Of a stretch of 64,000 nucleotides of DNA, positions 53,478-64,000 are shown in pieces. The notes under the pieces were generated by a model. The model searched no databases and was not told the origin of the DNA. It saw nothing but the letters and a program-made list of their open reading frames with translations. The translations under genes and the position numbers were made by a program. The first letter of the stretch is position 1. Each line of letters starts with the position of its first letter. The stretch is taken from assembly GCA_905178155.1 (NCBI GenBank), contig CAJINV010000014.1, positions 1,291,858-1,355,857 on the forward strand, read 5' to 3'. Source of the DNA: Amoebophrya sp. A120. Its lineage: Eukaryota; Protista; Dinoflagellata.

Positions 53478-54605
53478 CTCGGTCGTGCTGGTTTTTGTAC
53501 CCAGATAGCTACATATATACATAGGCTACTCCATTCATAGTCTAAAAAAAAAATGAACATAGTGCTATAGCTATAGACCATATATTATAAAGATGTATGA
53601 AGATAGATAAGCGGGGGGGAGTAAGGGAACACCATAGCAGCGGGGGGAGAAGGGTCGTGGAAGGGTTTGTCGTCTTTTTCCCTTTTTTCCAAAACCTTCA
53701 AACACATCGGGAGTCAACTTCGCTGCAGTTCTTGCACAAGTAGGAAAAAAATGCCAATCACGATGCTACTGCTCCTATTTGCTCTCATACCAAGAATACC
53801 AAAGCCAATACGTCCTGCAGCTGCAGAGATATAGTGCTTGCAGCTTATGGCTTTCGCTTTGATTACCCCTACGACGGCGGGTGAAGTTCAGGCGTCGAAA
53901 TACTGCAAAAGAACTTCCAAAAAACTTTGAAAATTTCAAATTTTCTTGGTCGCCAGAATGAAAAAAAAACCGAAAGTTGCCCGCCCACTTCCAAAAAAAA
54001 AAATGGGCTCTTGACAGTACGTGGAAGGAAAAAAAAAACTCGGAAACGACACGCAGGCCCAAAAAAAAAGCTGCAGGGGGAGGCTGAGTCTGGGTTTTCC
54101 TATTTTGCTCTTTCGCCCCATAGCAAAAGAGCTGCTCTGTGCTTCATGGGCGCGACAGAAATCACACTCTCCCCTTCCAAAAAAAGAAACCCCTCGCCCG
54201 GTAGTAACTCGGCGAAAAAAATGGCACTGCTGCGGCAGTGGTCTGCGAGCGAATTTCTGTGCAGCTACGCTTGGCGGCCTTTCGCAATATCAAGCGCCAC
54301 AGTTACGGCGTGAAACGGGGCCGGCCCCGGGTCCGGCCGCCAATTATCGGCGACCGGCATCGCGGGATCCGCTCGTAGCTGGCTGCCTTTTTCAGCCCTC
54401 TATGAATGACATGGGAAAAGTTCGTAGAGAATACCATGCGGCACGCACCCCGCGCCGGCGGCACGGTGGGAGTTGGTTGGCCCAAATGGCGCGGTGTTCG
54501 GGACGGCCAAAGTGCCCGAATCCGCTCGGGGAAGGTGTTAAAAACGCAGGCATTTTCCTGGCCCGACTCTGTCTGTGGCCAGAAAAATCGCGAGTTTTCC
54601 TGCTC

Positions 54606-54835
54606 AAAAGACTTTGAAAAGACTTTGAAAAGACTTTGGAAAGACTTTGGGGAAAGCGCCCAGAAGTGCGCGCTTTTTGAAAGCTTCGCCCGATGTTATG
54701 GTCAATTTTGGCCATGCAGAAACGGGAGCGTTTTCCAAAGTCTTTTCGAAGTCTTTTCCAAAGTCTTTTCAAAGTCTTTCCAAAGTCTTTTCAAAGTCTT
54801 TTCAAAGTCTTTTCGAAGTCTTTTCAAAGTCTTTT
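54606..54835. repeat. 11-bp repeat AAAAGACTTTG (x4) facing its reverse complement CAAAGTCTTTT (~x9)
   Basis: Arrays at 54606-54650 and 54736-54835 in opposite orientation. Confidence 0.92.
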
Positions 54836-55850
54836 GCTCCGACTTTGGCGAGGCGCCAGGCCTCAAACTTATGGCATGGGAAGTTGGCCCATACCGTCGG
54901 GATTCGGCCAGTCGGCCGGGTCCAAAAGAAGCAAAAAAGGCCACTTTTGGCCATTCTTGTGTTGCCATGCCGCCGGGGCTGCGCGCGTGCCGCATGGTAT
55001 TCTGGGCACCAAAGTCGCAGCGCCGCGAAGTTGGGAGGCGGCGCGGCGCATGTGACATCTGCGGGGTCGCAGTACCGCCGGCGCTGCGCGCGTGCCGCAT
55101 GGGTATCTGGCCGCATCTTTCCTAGCGCCGCCTCCGAAGCGGAAGCAGTTCGCGGCGCCGCGATTTTGGGGGCATGTGACACACGGGGCGCCGTAGTGCC
55201 GCCGGCGCGGCATGCGTGCCGCATGGGTATCTGGCAGCGTTTTTCCTTCTGCCTACGTCGCGCCCCAAGTGGGCCCACTGCTTTACCACGCCGCGCAGTC
55301 CTCTATTACAGCAACAAATGGCGACGAAGCTCCGCGCGCCCTATGATGAAATTCTGGCTACCTGGAAGAGCGGGGCTCTAACAGGACAGGGGGGGCAGGT
55401 GCAGCGCTGGGGGGATAGAGGGCAGCAATGCGCTGCGATGTTCTTTTTCGCGCTTTTCCTTTTTGCCTGCGTGGCTGTGTTTGGCGCAGCTATTTCGGCT
55501 ACCCAGGGAGGCGTCCTCCTAGCGGGGTGGGTGGTGTGGTCGGTAGTATCGTCATGCTTCGGCGGGGTATTTATACACTCTCTCGCGTCAGTCTTTTGCC
55601 CGAGTGGAGCGGTTTCCTCGCTGTATCGGTGGGGGCCGCGCTTTTTTCCTTGGGCGGCCGCGATTGGCCAAATGAATTCGGGTGGGGCTCTGGGTTCCGA
55701 CCTCCAAGCGCGGGCGCTTGTTCTTTGGGCCCCACCACCCTCCCCCGGCGCCCTCCCTCGGCTTCAGTGTATCGCCAAACAGAATGGGAAGCCGGCCAAG
55801 GGGTTTGACCATGACCCTGCACCGCTCAAACAGAATGGAAGGAAAGGCCC

Positions 55851-55968
55851 GGAGGTTGGCCATTCACCAAAAGGCAAAGGGCGGGAGTTTGGCCATTCAC
55901 TAGGAGGGGAACGTCGGGAGTTTGACCATTCACCAGAAGGGCAGGCTCGGGAGTTTGCCCACTCACCC
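55851..55968 (+). repeat. 33-bp tandem repeat (~3.5 units) with core GGGAGTTTGRCCATTCAC
   Basis: Units near 55851, 55884, 55917 and 55949, abutting the third 25-mer. Confidence 0.85.
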
Positions 55969-57761
55969 ACAAGAATACCAAAGCCAATACGTCCAATTGA
56001 GACATAGCGCTTGCAGCTTATGGCTTTCCACCTTTTCGCTTGGATGTCTGTGAAATAAAGCCAGCAAGAATGATAAACGACAGCGCACTAACGTTGTTGC
56101 ACTAGTAAACGGGCGTTATTTTGTATCTTTGTGAGGTTCTTGCGTACTATGGAGGGTGGCGTGCGTTGCTTCTGAGTCATTTCTTTGCTGCTTCGAGCAG
56201 TTAGGCCCTCCCTAGAAGAAGTGTTGATTTCTTGTTGTGTTTTCGTTGTATTGAAAGTAAAACAGCTCTTTAGAAAGAATTTAGGTCCTCGAAAAAGGGT
56301 CGAAAAGTCAATGCAAGAATCAAACTGATACACACTCATAGAACATAAAAAAAGTTTTGCTACGTCAACACCAGTTTTCCAGAAATTTTGATTTTGTGAA
56401 TTGAGTACGGTCAGTACGTCTGAGAAATTTGTTTATTCTTGTATCAATGGCCCGAAAAGAAAACTAGGCTAAAATGTTTGCGAAATTCAGATCCGGTCGT
56501 TTGCTGTAATAAATTTCTATCATCAAGGTGCTGCTAATATGGTGTTTTTTTTATTGAAATAGGCCTACTTCTTAGGTGACCACGAGTAACAGTAAGTGCA
56601 AGCTAGTGGAAGTAGTTCATCTAGTTGGCAAAAAACCAAAAATTCTGACTGGTGGTAGCTCGTCCTCGTCCAGGAAAAACAAAGGAACAACCACGAGATC
56701 CGCGTTCACTACCGCTGCGTAAAAATGAGGAAGAAAATATGCGCGTCGTCAAAATGCGACTGCGTATGTTCTTCCGATGAAGCGCTGCTGGATTTTCCCA
56801 TCGTTCCAGTTGGCGTGCTGTCGAAGGCAACGAACAGTTTTCAATGTTTTGCGGTCTTTTGGCCCCCCGAGATCAATTAAACTGTTGCATTCAAATAACC
56901 TCCTCTTCCTGCAATCAAATAAACCGATCTAGGCATGGACTTCATGATGTAGTTGTTGATCCATCTTCAAAAACCAGAAGCAAGGGAACGACACCCGCGC
57001 CGAGTTGATCCGACGGAGAGGCGGGTTGAAAATTGTCATCAAAAAATGCTCGTTCTCTATTTGTTATTGTTTTTGCGATTAGCTGCTTGTTCCAAAAGAA
57101 TTGCATTACTGGTCTGGATCTTGATCTTCTCTGATCTCAATGGTAAAAATCCGCGGCTCGTCAGTTGTGATCTGTTTGTTTCTTCGAGATCTGCTGCAAA
57201 AAGCCCCTGTGCGAAATATATAATGTGCAAAACCAAAGATGTTGATCCCATGTTATGTATCGAGAACTGAAGCATTTTTTGCTTTCTACAGAATTTATCT
57301 TTTCATTTTTTTTTTCCGTCCGGTGAACCAAACAGCAGGGGGTGGTCATCCTGGTCTCTCAGGCGCAATATTCTGTTGAGGCGGTTTTAGTTCGACATGA
57401 TTGGTGTGACAATGCTAGCTACTTCCGTTTCATTACCACTCATGATCTCGCTCCTTTTGTACTAGAAAGCCGTTGTTGTAGAGGTTCTTGATCGTTCGAA
57501 GAAAAGACCCTAATTTGTTTCACGCACTTGGATGGCACCGCGTCCCTGCGCGGGGTAGTTCGTCGTCTCCCGCTCCCAGTAGTTGTATTAATTGACAACC
57601 TGCCTTACTGCAAGACCAAGAGCTTCTCGACCACATGACGCACCCTAGTTGTACTCTTTAATACTAGCCGCGACCACCGACCGCAAGAGCAGAAGAATTC
57701 GCATTTTTATTGACCTCCATCGCGGACGACGAGGACGAAAAAATAAACGTCGCGAATAAAA

Positions 57762-60700
57762 ATGCCCCAAGGCAAGTTTATCAGCGGCTACCCGATTTTT
57801 CCGCACGGGAAAAAGAGTTGGCAGTACCAGAGCCGGGTTTTATCGGAGGCGGCGCAAAAGTTGCCCAACCTCGTTTTTGATTTTTACGCCTGGGACGACC
57901 TGCGGTTCGTGAGTCCAGAGAGGATCTTCGCATCCCATGTCGAGCACAAGCGGCTGAAAGATGAGAACGGGGAGGTGTTGACACTGGACGCATCTTCTGC
58001 TGCATCTGAAGCAGGAAGACAGGCGAAGAATAACAGATTTTCCGTAGCCGATAAGACCATCGGGGCTTCGTCTTCAAAGGAACGTCCTCCGAAGAAGAGT
58101 GGGGTGTTGAAACCGGGAATAAATACCGCGTTCAAACCGGATGTCAGTGAAGATTTCGGGACGCGAAACGCAACGGCTTCGCTGCTCGAGGGGCAGAGTC
58201 CGGACAATTGGAACAACTTCTATGGGGACAATAACGAACAGAATGTGTCGCTCACCCCGCCGGCAGTAGAAGAAAATGCGGACCAAATCCCGCCGGGGCG
58301 GCCGACGCCCGCAACTATCATGCACCCAACGATACCCGGGGGGCCGGGAAAAATGAATCCAAAGACGGGGCAGAAAAATCCAACCATTACCGAAATGAAG
58401 GCCAGCAAATACACAATTCCATGTATTCTTTTAAGTTGTACATTTTTCGATGGATTTGATACAATAGCGAACATCAGATCATGCAGGTACAACCACCACA
58501 GAAGCCTTCTTCTCATTCTCTGTTTGATGCGAAAATCTGTCTATGTTTTAGAAAAATCTGTTGGTTCGCCTTCGCTCAAAGAAATAGGTACATCGAAGCT
58601 CTATCGCTCTATCCACTTCGACCTCTCAAATAAAACAGGTCCCCACCCCGTGGTCGAGCATGGCGAGCGGCTGTTGATCGACCGAAAACTTTTCGATGAC
58701 CTCTGTGTCTGGCAGCGGCGGTCCGGGCCGAAGGCCATGTTTACCGTCAGCCTGATCGTGCCCACGTATTCGGTCGATCAATGCGAGGAAAACCATCCCG
58801 TGCTGCCGCGTCTGAATAAGCCGGTATAGACAATATAAATATGAGCTAGTTTTTTTCTGCTTGTAGCATGTGTATTTGTGTTTCTGTAGCTTTATAACCA
58901 CCCCACATTCTGTTTCTGGCGCGGCTGCTGCTGCGAGGAAAGTAACTTCGGCACTTCCGGCAGTAAACATGACATTCCATCGACACGTCGACACAAACTA
59001 CTCACAGGACATGGACCTCGTCTGCATCGGCGCCGCCACCCTGTATTGGGATCACCAGGTGGGCGACGTGGATGACCAGGGAGAGCCCATTCCGTCGGTC
59101 TGCATCCCGTACTTCGGCACGATTTTTGGGCTTCGTGGACAGAAGCTCGGGGAGATCTTCATGCACTACATTCTGGAGACGCTCTCGCACACACTTTGGA
59201 ACAAAGAGGCCCACTTCCGCGCGCACGAGGAAAAAATTTCGCTCATGCAGGAGCACAACCTCGCCACCGACCTCGATTACATTGGGTGGCGACACACAAA
59301 CAGCCACCTCGGGAAGTTCGGGCGTCTGGTGAGCAACAAGAGACCGAATAATCGCGACGAGGGCCGGGTGTGCGAACTTTACTTACCCGCGACGAAGAAG
59401 GCGGTCCCGTTCTGGCAGAAGATGGGGGGGCAGCTGATTGAGGTGTTGAACGAAGACAATCTCGCCAACGAGGACTCTCCCTCCGCGGCAGGAGGAGACA
59501 ACAACAACGCGACCCAAATAAAGAAGCAAAACATCGTGAACTACGCCGACCAAACGCTGGTTCTCGGGACGAAAAACGTGAAAAACGACCCGTTCAAGAG
59601 GGAACACATCTGCACGGGGCAGGTGGCCGAGGAGATGCACTGCTTCTCGCAAAGCACCACGCAGCTGTTTTACATCGACTATTTGGAGGTTTTGGAAAGA
59701 ACGAAAATTCCGCTCCTCCCGAACGCAGCGGCTTTACACTCCTCCTTCCTCACGGCGGAGAACTTCTGGCTGTTCCGGGAGGAGAGCCGCGCCAGGGAGG
59801 CGCGGTTGCGGATCAAGATGTTGCCGACGTCCGACGTGAAGAAGGACGTGGACGGGTGGACGTTACTGCACGAAGCGGCGCAAAGCGGGGACGACACACT
59901 CGTGGACGCTGCGGTGCGGCGACGGGTGGACCCGCAGTCACCGGATCACGAGTGGAAGCAAACGCCGATCTTCTATTCGGCGAACCTCAACAAATGCGAC
60001 GTACTTGATGTTTTATACTGATTCGCAGCTTGTTCACCTTTTGTTTTCTTTCACCATCATGCAATCTTTGGGGTTTTTTTCCTTTTCGTCGCAAAAAACT
60101 CCTCAGAAATGAAGTTTCTTCACGTTCACCCCAGAAATATTAAAATTGACCCTTCCAATCATCTCCAGGCCATCGCGATCATGATAAAAGCGGGTGCCAA
60201 AGCCAAGCACTACGATGTGAACGGGCAGCCCGCGCTTTTCTACGCGGCCAAGCACAACAGTCTGGAGGCCGCGAAGATGTTCGTCGAGGAGCATGGCGTC
60301 AGCAAAAACACCCGCGACGCGTGCCGCAGGAACGCGTTTTACTATGCGCAGCAGAGCGACCAAAACGGGTCCCACGCGGAGATGATGAAGCTGCTCGCGG
60401 TGGAGGAAGACAGTGACGAGAGCGATTCCAGTTCGGACGAAAAGCAGAAAAAGGTGAAGACCCGCAACCCCTCCGCGCGCATTGCGGCCCAACGGGCCCA
60501 GCAGGAGCAGCAGCTGCGCTGGGCGGACTTACCCTACTGTCCGAGTGCCGAGGCACAGATCAAGCACAAGCTGATGTCGGGGGGAAGTAGCTCGGCGTTG
60601 CTGAAACCCTCCGGCCACGCGGCACAGAATCTCCAGTTGTTGACGAAAGGAGGCGGGGGTGGACCTCCGGGAGGTGTGGCCGGGAATAACAGGACAGGTG

Positions 60701-61305
60701 CTGGGACGAGTGGTAGTTCTAGCTCCTCCTCGACTTTGGCCGGCGGGACGAGTGCAGCTGGTCGTGGTGCAACGTCACAAGCAGCAGCGGCACACGCACA
60801 GCACCAGATGTTTCTGCAGCATAAAGGCGGCAGTGGTCCACCCCCAGGGAGCGGTGGAAAGATGAACGCCGCGGCGGGCCAGCATAACTTTTCCGCCCAG
60901 CAGAAGGCAGCGGCCGCGCAGCACTTCGCCGCACATCACAAAGGGCAGCACTATAGTAATTACCCAGGTGGAGGTCAGCATCCGCAATACAACAGCCACG
61001 CAGCCGCGGTACAACAACAGCAGCACAACATGCTGATGAAAGGAGGTGGACCAAATGCAGCTCAAAAATCTCATCTACCCCGCACGAACAGCGGACAGAA
61101 GTCATCACATGTACTCCTCCCACCGCCGCCGAATCTCAATCTCGGAGGACCGCCACGCGGTCCAGGTTCGCTTCCTGCGCAAACGCTGTTACCCTTAGAC
61201 GACGGGATATCCGCCTCGGCGGCGAAATTGATGCGCCCAGGTGGGGGAATGAACCAGAACCGGCGGCCTGGCATGGGCGGCAAGGGCGGGAATAAGGGGA
61301 AATAG
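57762..61305 (+). CDS. Multi-exon GNAT (GCN5/IDM1-like) acetyltransferase with ankyrin repeats and a G/Q/P-rich tail
   Basis: GNAT motif A-like CIPYFGTIFGLRGQKLGEIFM and motif B-like LYLPATKKAVPFWQKMG. Ankyrin motifs DGWTLLHEAA, WKQTPIFYSA, NGQPALFYAA and RRNAFYYA. GT-AG intron 60001-60168; the other introns and the start are uncertain. Confidence 0.8.
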
Positions 61306-62597
61306 AGCGAGCTGGAAATAAGCAGCGGCGGCGACCGATGGCGGTGGTGGGAAGGAACGTCGGCTACTACGTATAGTACGACGTGCTGTGAAATAAATCC
61401 CGGAGCGGAACAAGCCACCTAATTTTTGGAAAGAAGGAACAAGCGACGTAAGTTCTTGTTTAAGCGACAAAAATGTTGGCGGTAGGCTAGCAACAGCGGG
61501 AAACAGTAGAAGACCAAGCTCCTCTCCCTCAACACCCTCAGCTGCTGCAACGACGTTTACGGGCGACAGAACCAGCACGGCGATGAGGCCGCGGCTGGGA
61601 AAGGGAATTCGAGTTCCACAATCAGAGAGCAGTGGGGTCGGTTGGGCTCGCGCGCGATGTGAAAAATGTCCGCGCGTCGAAAGGTGGCTGCGGGGGTGGT
61701 GCGCACGCTAGGAAGTAGAGTGCAGAACCAGAGGACGGGGACGTCCCGGACGAAATGCAGCAAGCGAAACGAGCAAAGGCAAACTAATGCCAATCCACTC
61801 GGCGAAGGAAATTCGGAAAGAACCCGGCCCACCCTGTCCCGTCCCGACGCGGCCCGGGCCCGGCGGAGAGGACGCGACGGTCGCACTTGAAGCCGGCGGG
61901 GGAACTGCGGCTAATAGATGAGGGAGTGCGCGGCTTGTGTCTTTGTTCAGGCGTTGATCGATGGTGCCGCCAGCCTTTGAAAAGGGCGCTGAAAATATAT
62001 TCGGGCGGAAGACTGGGAAAACGAAAACGAAGGACCACAACCGTGCTACCGGGGAATGCAGAGGTGGTTATCCCCTGGACGGGAAAGGGTCCAGGAAATA
62101 CATGGAATGTTTCGTCAAGCGACTACGACATGTTTTATTGTTGAGAGAGACGCAAAAATCAAAATCTTGTACCTCCAGCGACTTCTATGCGAATACGACT
62201 TTTTTTCAGACTGCCAGTATCATGGCAAGCAACTGCATCATGATAAATACAGACGCGATCTCTACTAGTATTCGAACCTTGGGAGGACGACCCACCGAGC
62301 AGAAAAATGCTCGAGAGGGACGCAAAGGCTCCGTCATCCGTGTTTGTGTGTTCCGACAATAAAGCATTTCTTTTTCGTTCTCTTTTTCATCACCACGATT
62401 TTGGTGTGTGGCCTCAACACAATTTTGATGTGTGGCCTTGATGGTGGGCCGCGCAGTTTTCCGAGACCTTCTGAATGTAGGCACGCAGTAGTGAAGTTCA
62501 AAATGATCGCAAATAGAAATATCGACACTCAGTAAATTGATCTGATTTTATTAATTTAAGAGCAACGTTGAGCAATTCCAATTTACCAGACGAGCAA

Positions 62598-63518
62598 ATG
62601 GAGGCTGAACACGAGCTGCAACGTGCCGCTGACGTTACCCCGAATGCTAATGAGCGAAAAATCCGCGACTCCGACACCGACTCAACGTCAACATTCTCTG
62701 CCTCTGCTCCACCTGCCCCCAGGATGGCTACAGTTGACAGCACGAAAGAAGAAATCCAAACTAGAGACAAGAAGCGCACTGGACGAGAGAAGAAGGAGAA
62801 GAAAAACAAAAAAGCGGTCGAGGATGTTCTGTGCGTTCCCGTTTCAATCAACGATGCCACCTGCCCGCTCTGCTTCGAGATCATAGCGGGGCCTGTGTAC
62901 GAGGCGACTTGTTGCGGAAAATTGGCCTGCGAGGGCTGCGCGATCGATTGCGTTTCAACGCGTAGAAGCAGCTGCTTCAATTGCCGCCAGAGTGCACCAG
63001 ATGATAACGTGAACATCTTCGGTGGCGGTACCGGTAGTACTGGCAAAGAGGACGAGAAGTCTAGTGCTGATTCGTGTTTTACCTTCCGCCAAAACGAGTT
63101 CGCGACCCGGATGTTTCGGCAAGGGAAAGTAAAATGCAAAAAATGCAGGAAGAAGGTAACTCTGATCGTTTCGTTACGTCTTAGAAATGACGATCATCAA
63201 GAAACTAGGCGGCCTTTAATTCAGGAGCGACTGATCATGTTTTTTATCTTTTGGCGGCGAAAAATGAAAATCGTTGGCCAAAAATTCAAATTTGTCATGG
63301 TGAAGGTACCTCTGAAAGACTTCCAGCAGCACTCAAAACCGAAAGAACACTACTGGTACTGGGACGGGCTTCATCGGAAAAATTACGTCTGCCCGCACGC
63401 AAACTTGCAGTGCCCCTACAACTGTGGATTTACCGGTGAGCTTGACGACCTGAAGATGCATATTGCGAAGGATTGCCCAATGGTAGTTATAATGCTTGAG
63501 CGCGATCGCTTTCGCTGA
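62598..63518 (+). CDS. RING-finger plus TRAF-type zinc-finger protein (putative E3 ligase); probably continues towards the window end
   Basis: CPLC...CCGKLACEGC...CFNC followed by CPHANLQCPYNCGF...HIAKDCP. In-frame GT-AG intron 63156-63305. Confidence 0.8.
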   Translation: MEAEHELQRAADVTPNANERKIRDSDTDSTSTFSASAPPAPRMATVDSTKEEIQTRDKKRTGREKKEKKNKKAVEDVLCVPVSINDATCPLCFEIIAGPVYEATCCGKLACEGCAIDCVSTRRSSCFNCRQSAPDDNVNIFGGGTGSTGKEDEKSSADSCFTFRQNEFATRMFRQGKVKCKKCRKKVTLIVSLRLRNDDHQETRRPLIQERLIMFFIFWRRKMKIVGQKFKFVMVKVPLKDFQQHSKPKEHYWYWDGLHRKNYVCPHANLQCPYNCGFTGELDDLKMHIAKDCPMVVIMLERDRFR

Positions 63519-64000
63519 TGATCTTCCATCGTGCTGGCTTTCGTCAGTACTCATAGCGAGAAATATGGAGATACACGATGCAAAAACTGGGCAGATGTAC
63601 TAGGTGTAGGAGCGCAGTCTCGACATTAAGTACCATTTTGACCATGCATGATGTTTGTTGACTTTGAAAACATACTATACATCAACAGGGCTTTCGTACT
63701 CACGACAAGAAGGCTTTAGAAATGTGTGGTGGCGGAGCAGGCCTTGCGCGTTCTGTTAAGATTATCTGCAATTTGCTTACCGTCGGGCCCGGGATGAGTC
63801 CTATCGATCCGCTCGATTTCCTTCTGGCTCTGAATCACGCCGGCGTCCGATTGACTAGCAGTATTTTTTCCAAGTTGGTTTTGCGGCCGCCGGATAAAAG
63901 CTGTATTTATTACCAGAGGTATGGGGAGCATTACCAGAGCGCGTACGTGGACCTCGAGCAAGAGCATCGGCTGAGTGGAACAACCGCAGACCCGCAGAGC

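Larger units (their letters stand above)
52061..56028. repeat. Non-coding complex repeat block delimited by three copies of CAAGAATACCAAAGCCAATACGTCC
   Basis: Identical 25-mer at 52061, 53791 and 55970, with longer pairwise extensions. No convincing ORFs between them. Confidence 0.85.

Noticed and set aside
54021-56007. Protein-coding ORFs in the repeat block (198-263 aa)
   Set aside because: They are open in several frames and strands because of GC-rich and 11/33-bp repeats, and the translations are repeat-derived.

Overview
Eukaryotic genomic DNA with spliceosomal and non-canonical introns. All recognisable genes lie on the + strand. The inverted-repeat introns and gene co-orientation point to the parasitic dinoflagellate Amoebophrya (Syndiniales); this host call is an inference. 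Three things stand out. (1) A complete 19,190-bp Ty3/gypsy-type LTR retrotransposon at 6291-25480, with 477-bp LTRs, an ACTAG target-site duplication (TSD), a primer-binding site and a polypurine tract. Its cargo is very unusual: an extra AUG-depleted upstream ORF with a second aspartic-protease-like motif, a huge Gag, an RT with a ~210-aa insertion after FMDD, an AP2-like domain and a Macro (ADP-ribose) domain between RNase H and integrase, a D-x31-E integrase, and ~4.4 kb of extra 3' ORFs. This copy carries several stops and frameshifts. (2) Eight MITE-like introns ('introners') from five sequence families, all with TAY...ATA termini, terminal inverted repeats (TIRs), 5-bp TSDs and in most cases an internal TGTNATGC motif. 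Removing each element plus one TSD restores the host reading frame in all eight cases. (3) A 4-kb non-coding block (52061-56028) punctuated by three identical 25-mers and filled with tandem and inverted repeats. Host genes are a calmodulin/centrin-like EF-hand protein, a probable NlpC/P60-like protein, a coiled-coil protein, a ~4670-aa low-complexity protein, a GNAT-ankyrin protein, a RING/TRAF-zinc-finger protein and one unknown protein. All domain calls come from motif recognition by eye; no database searches were run.
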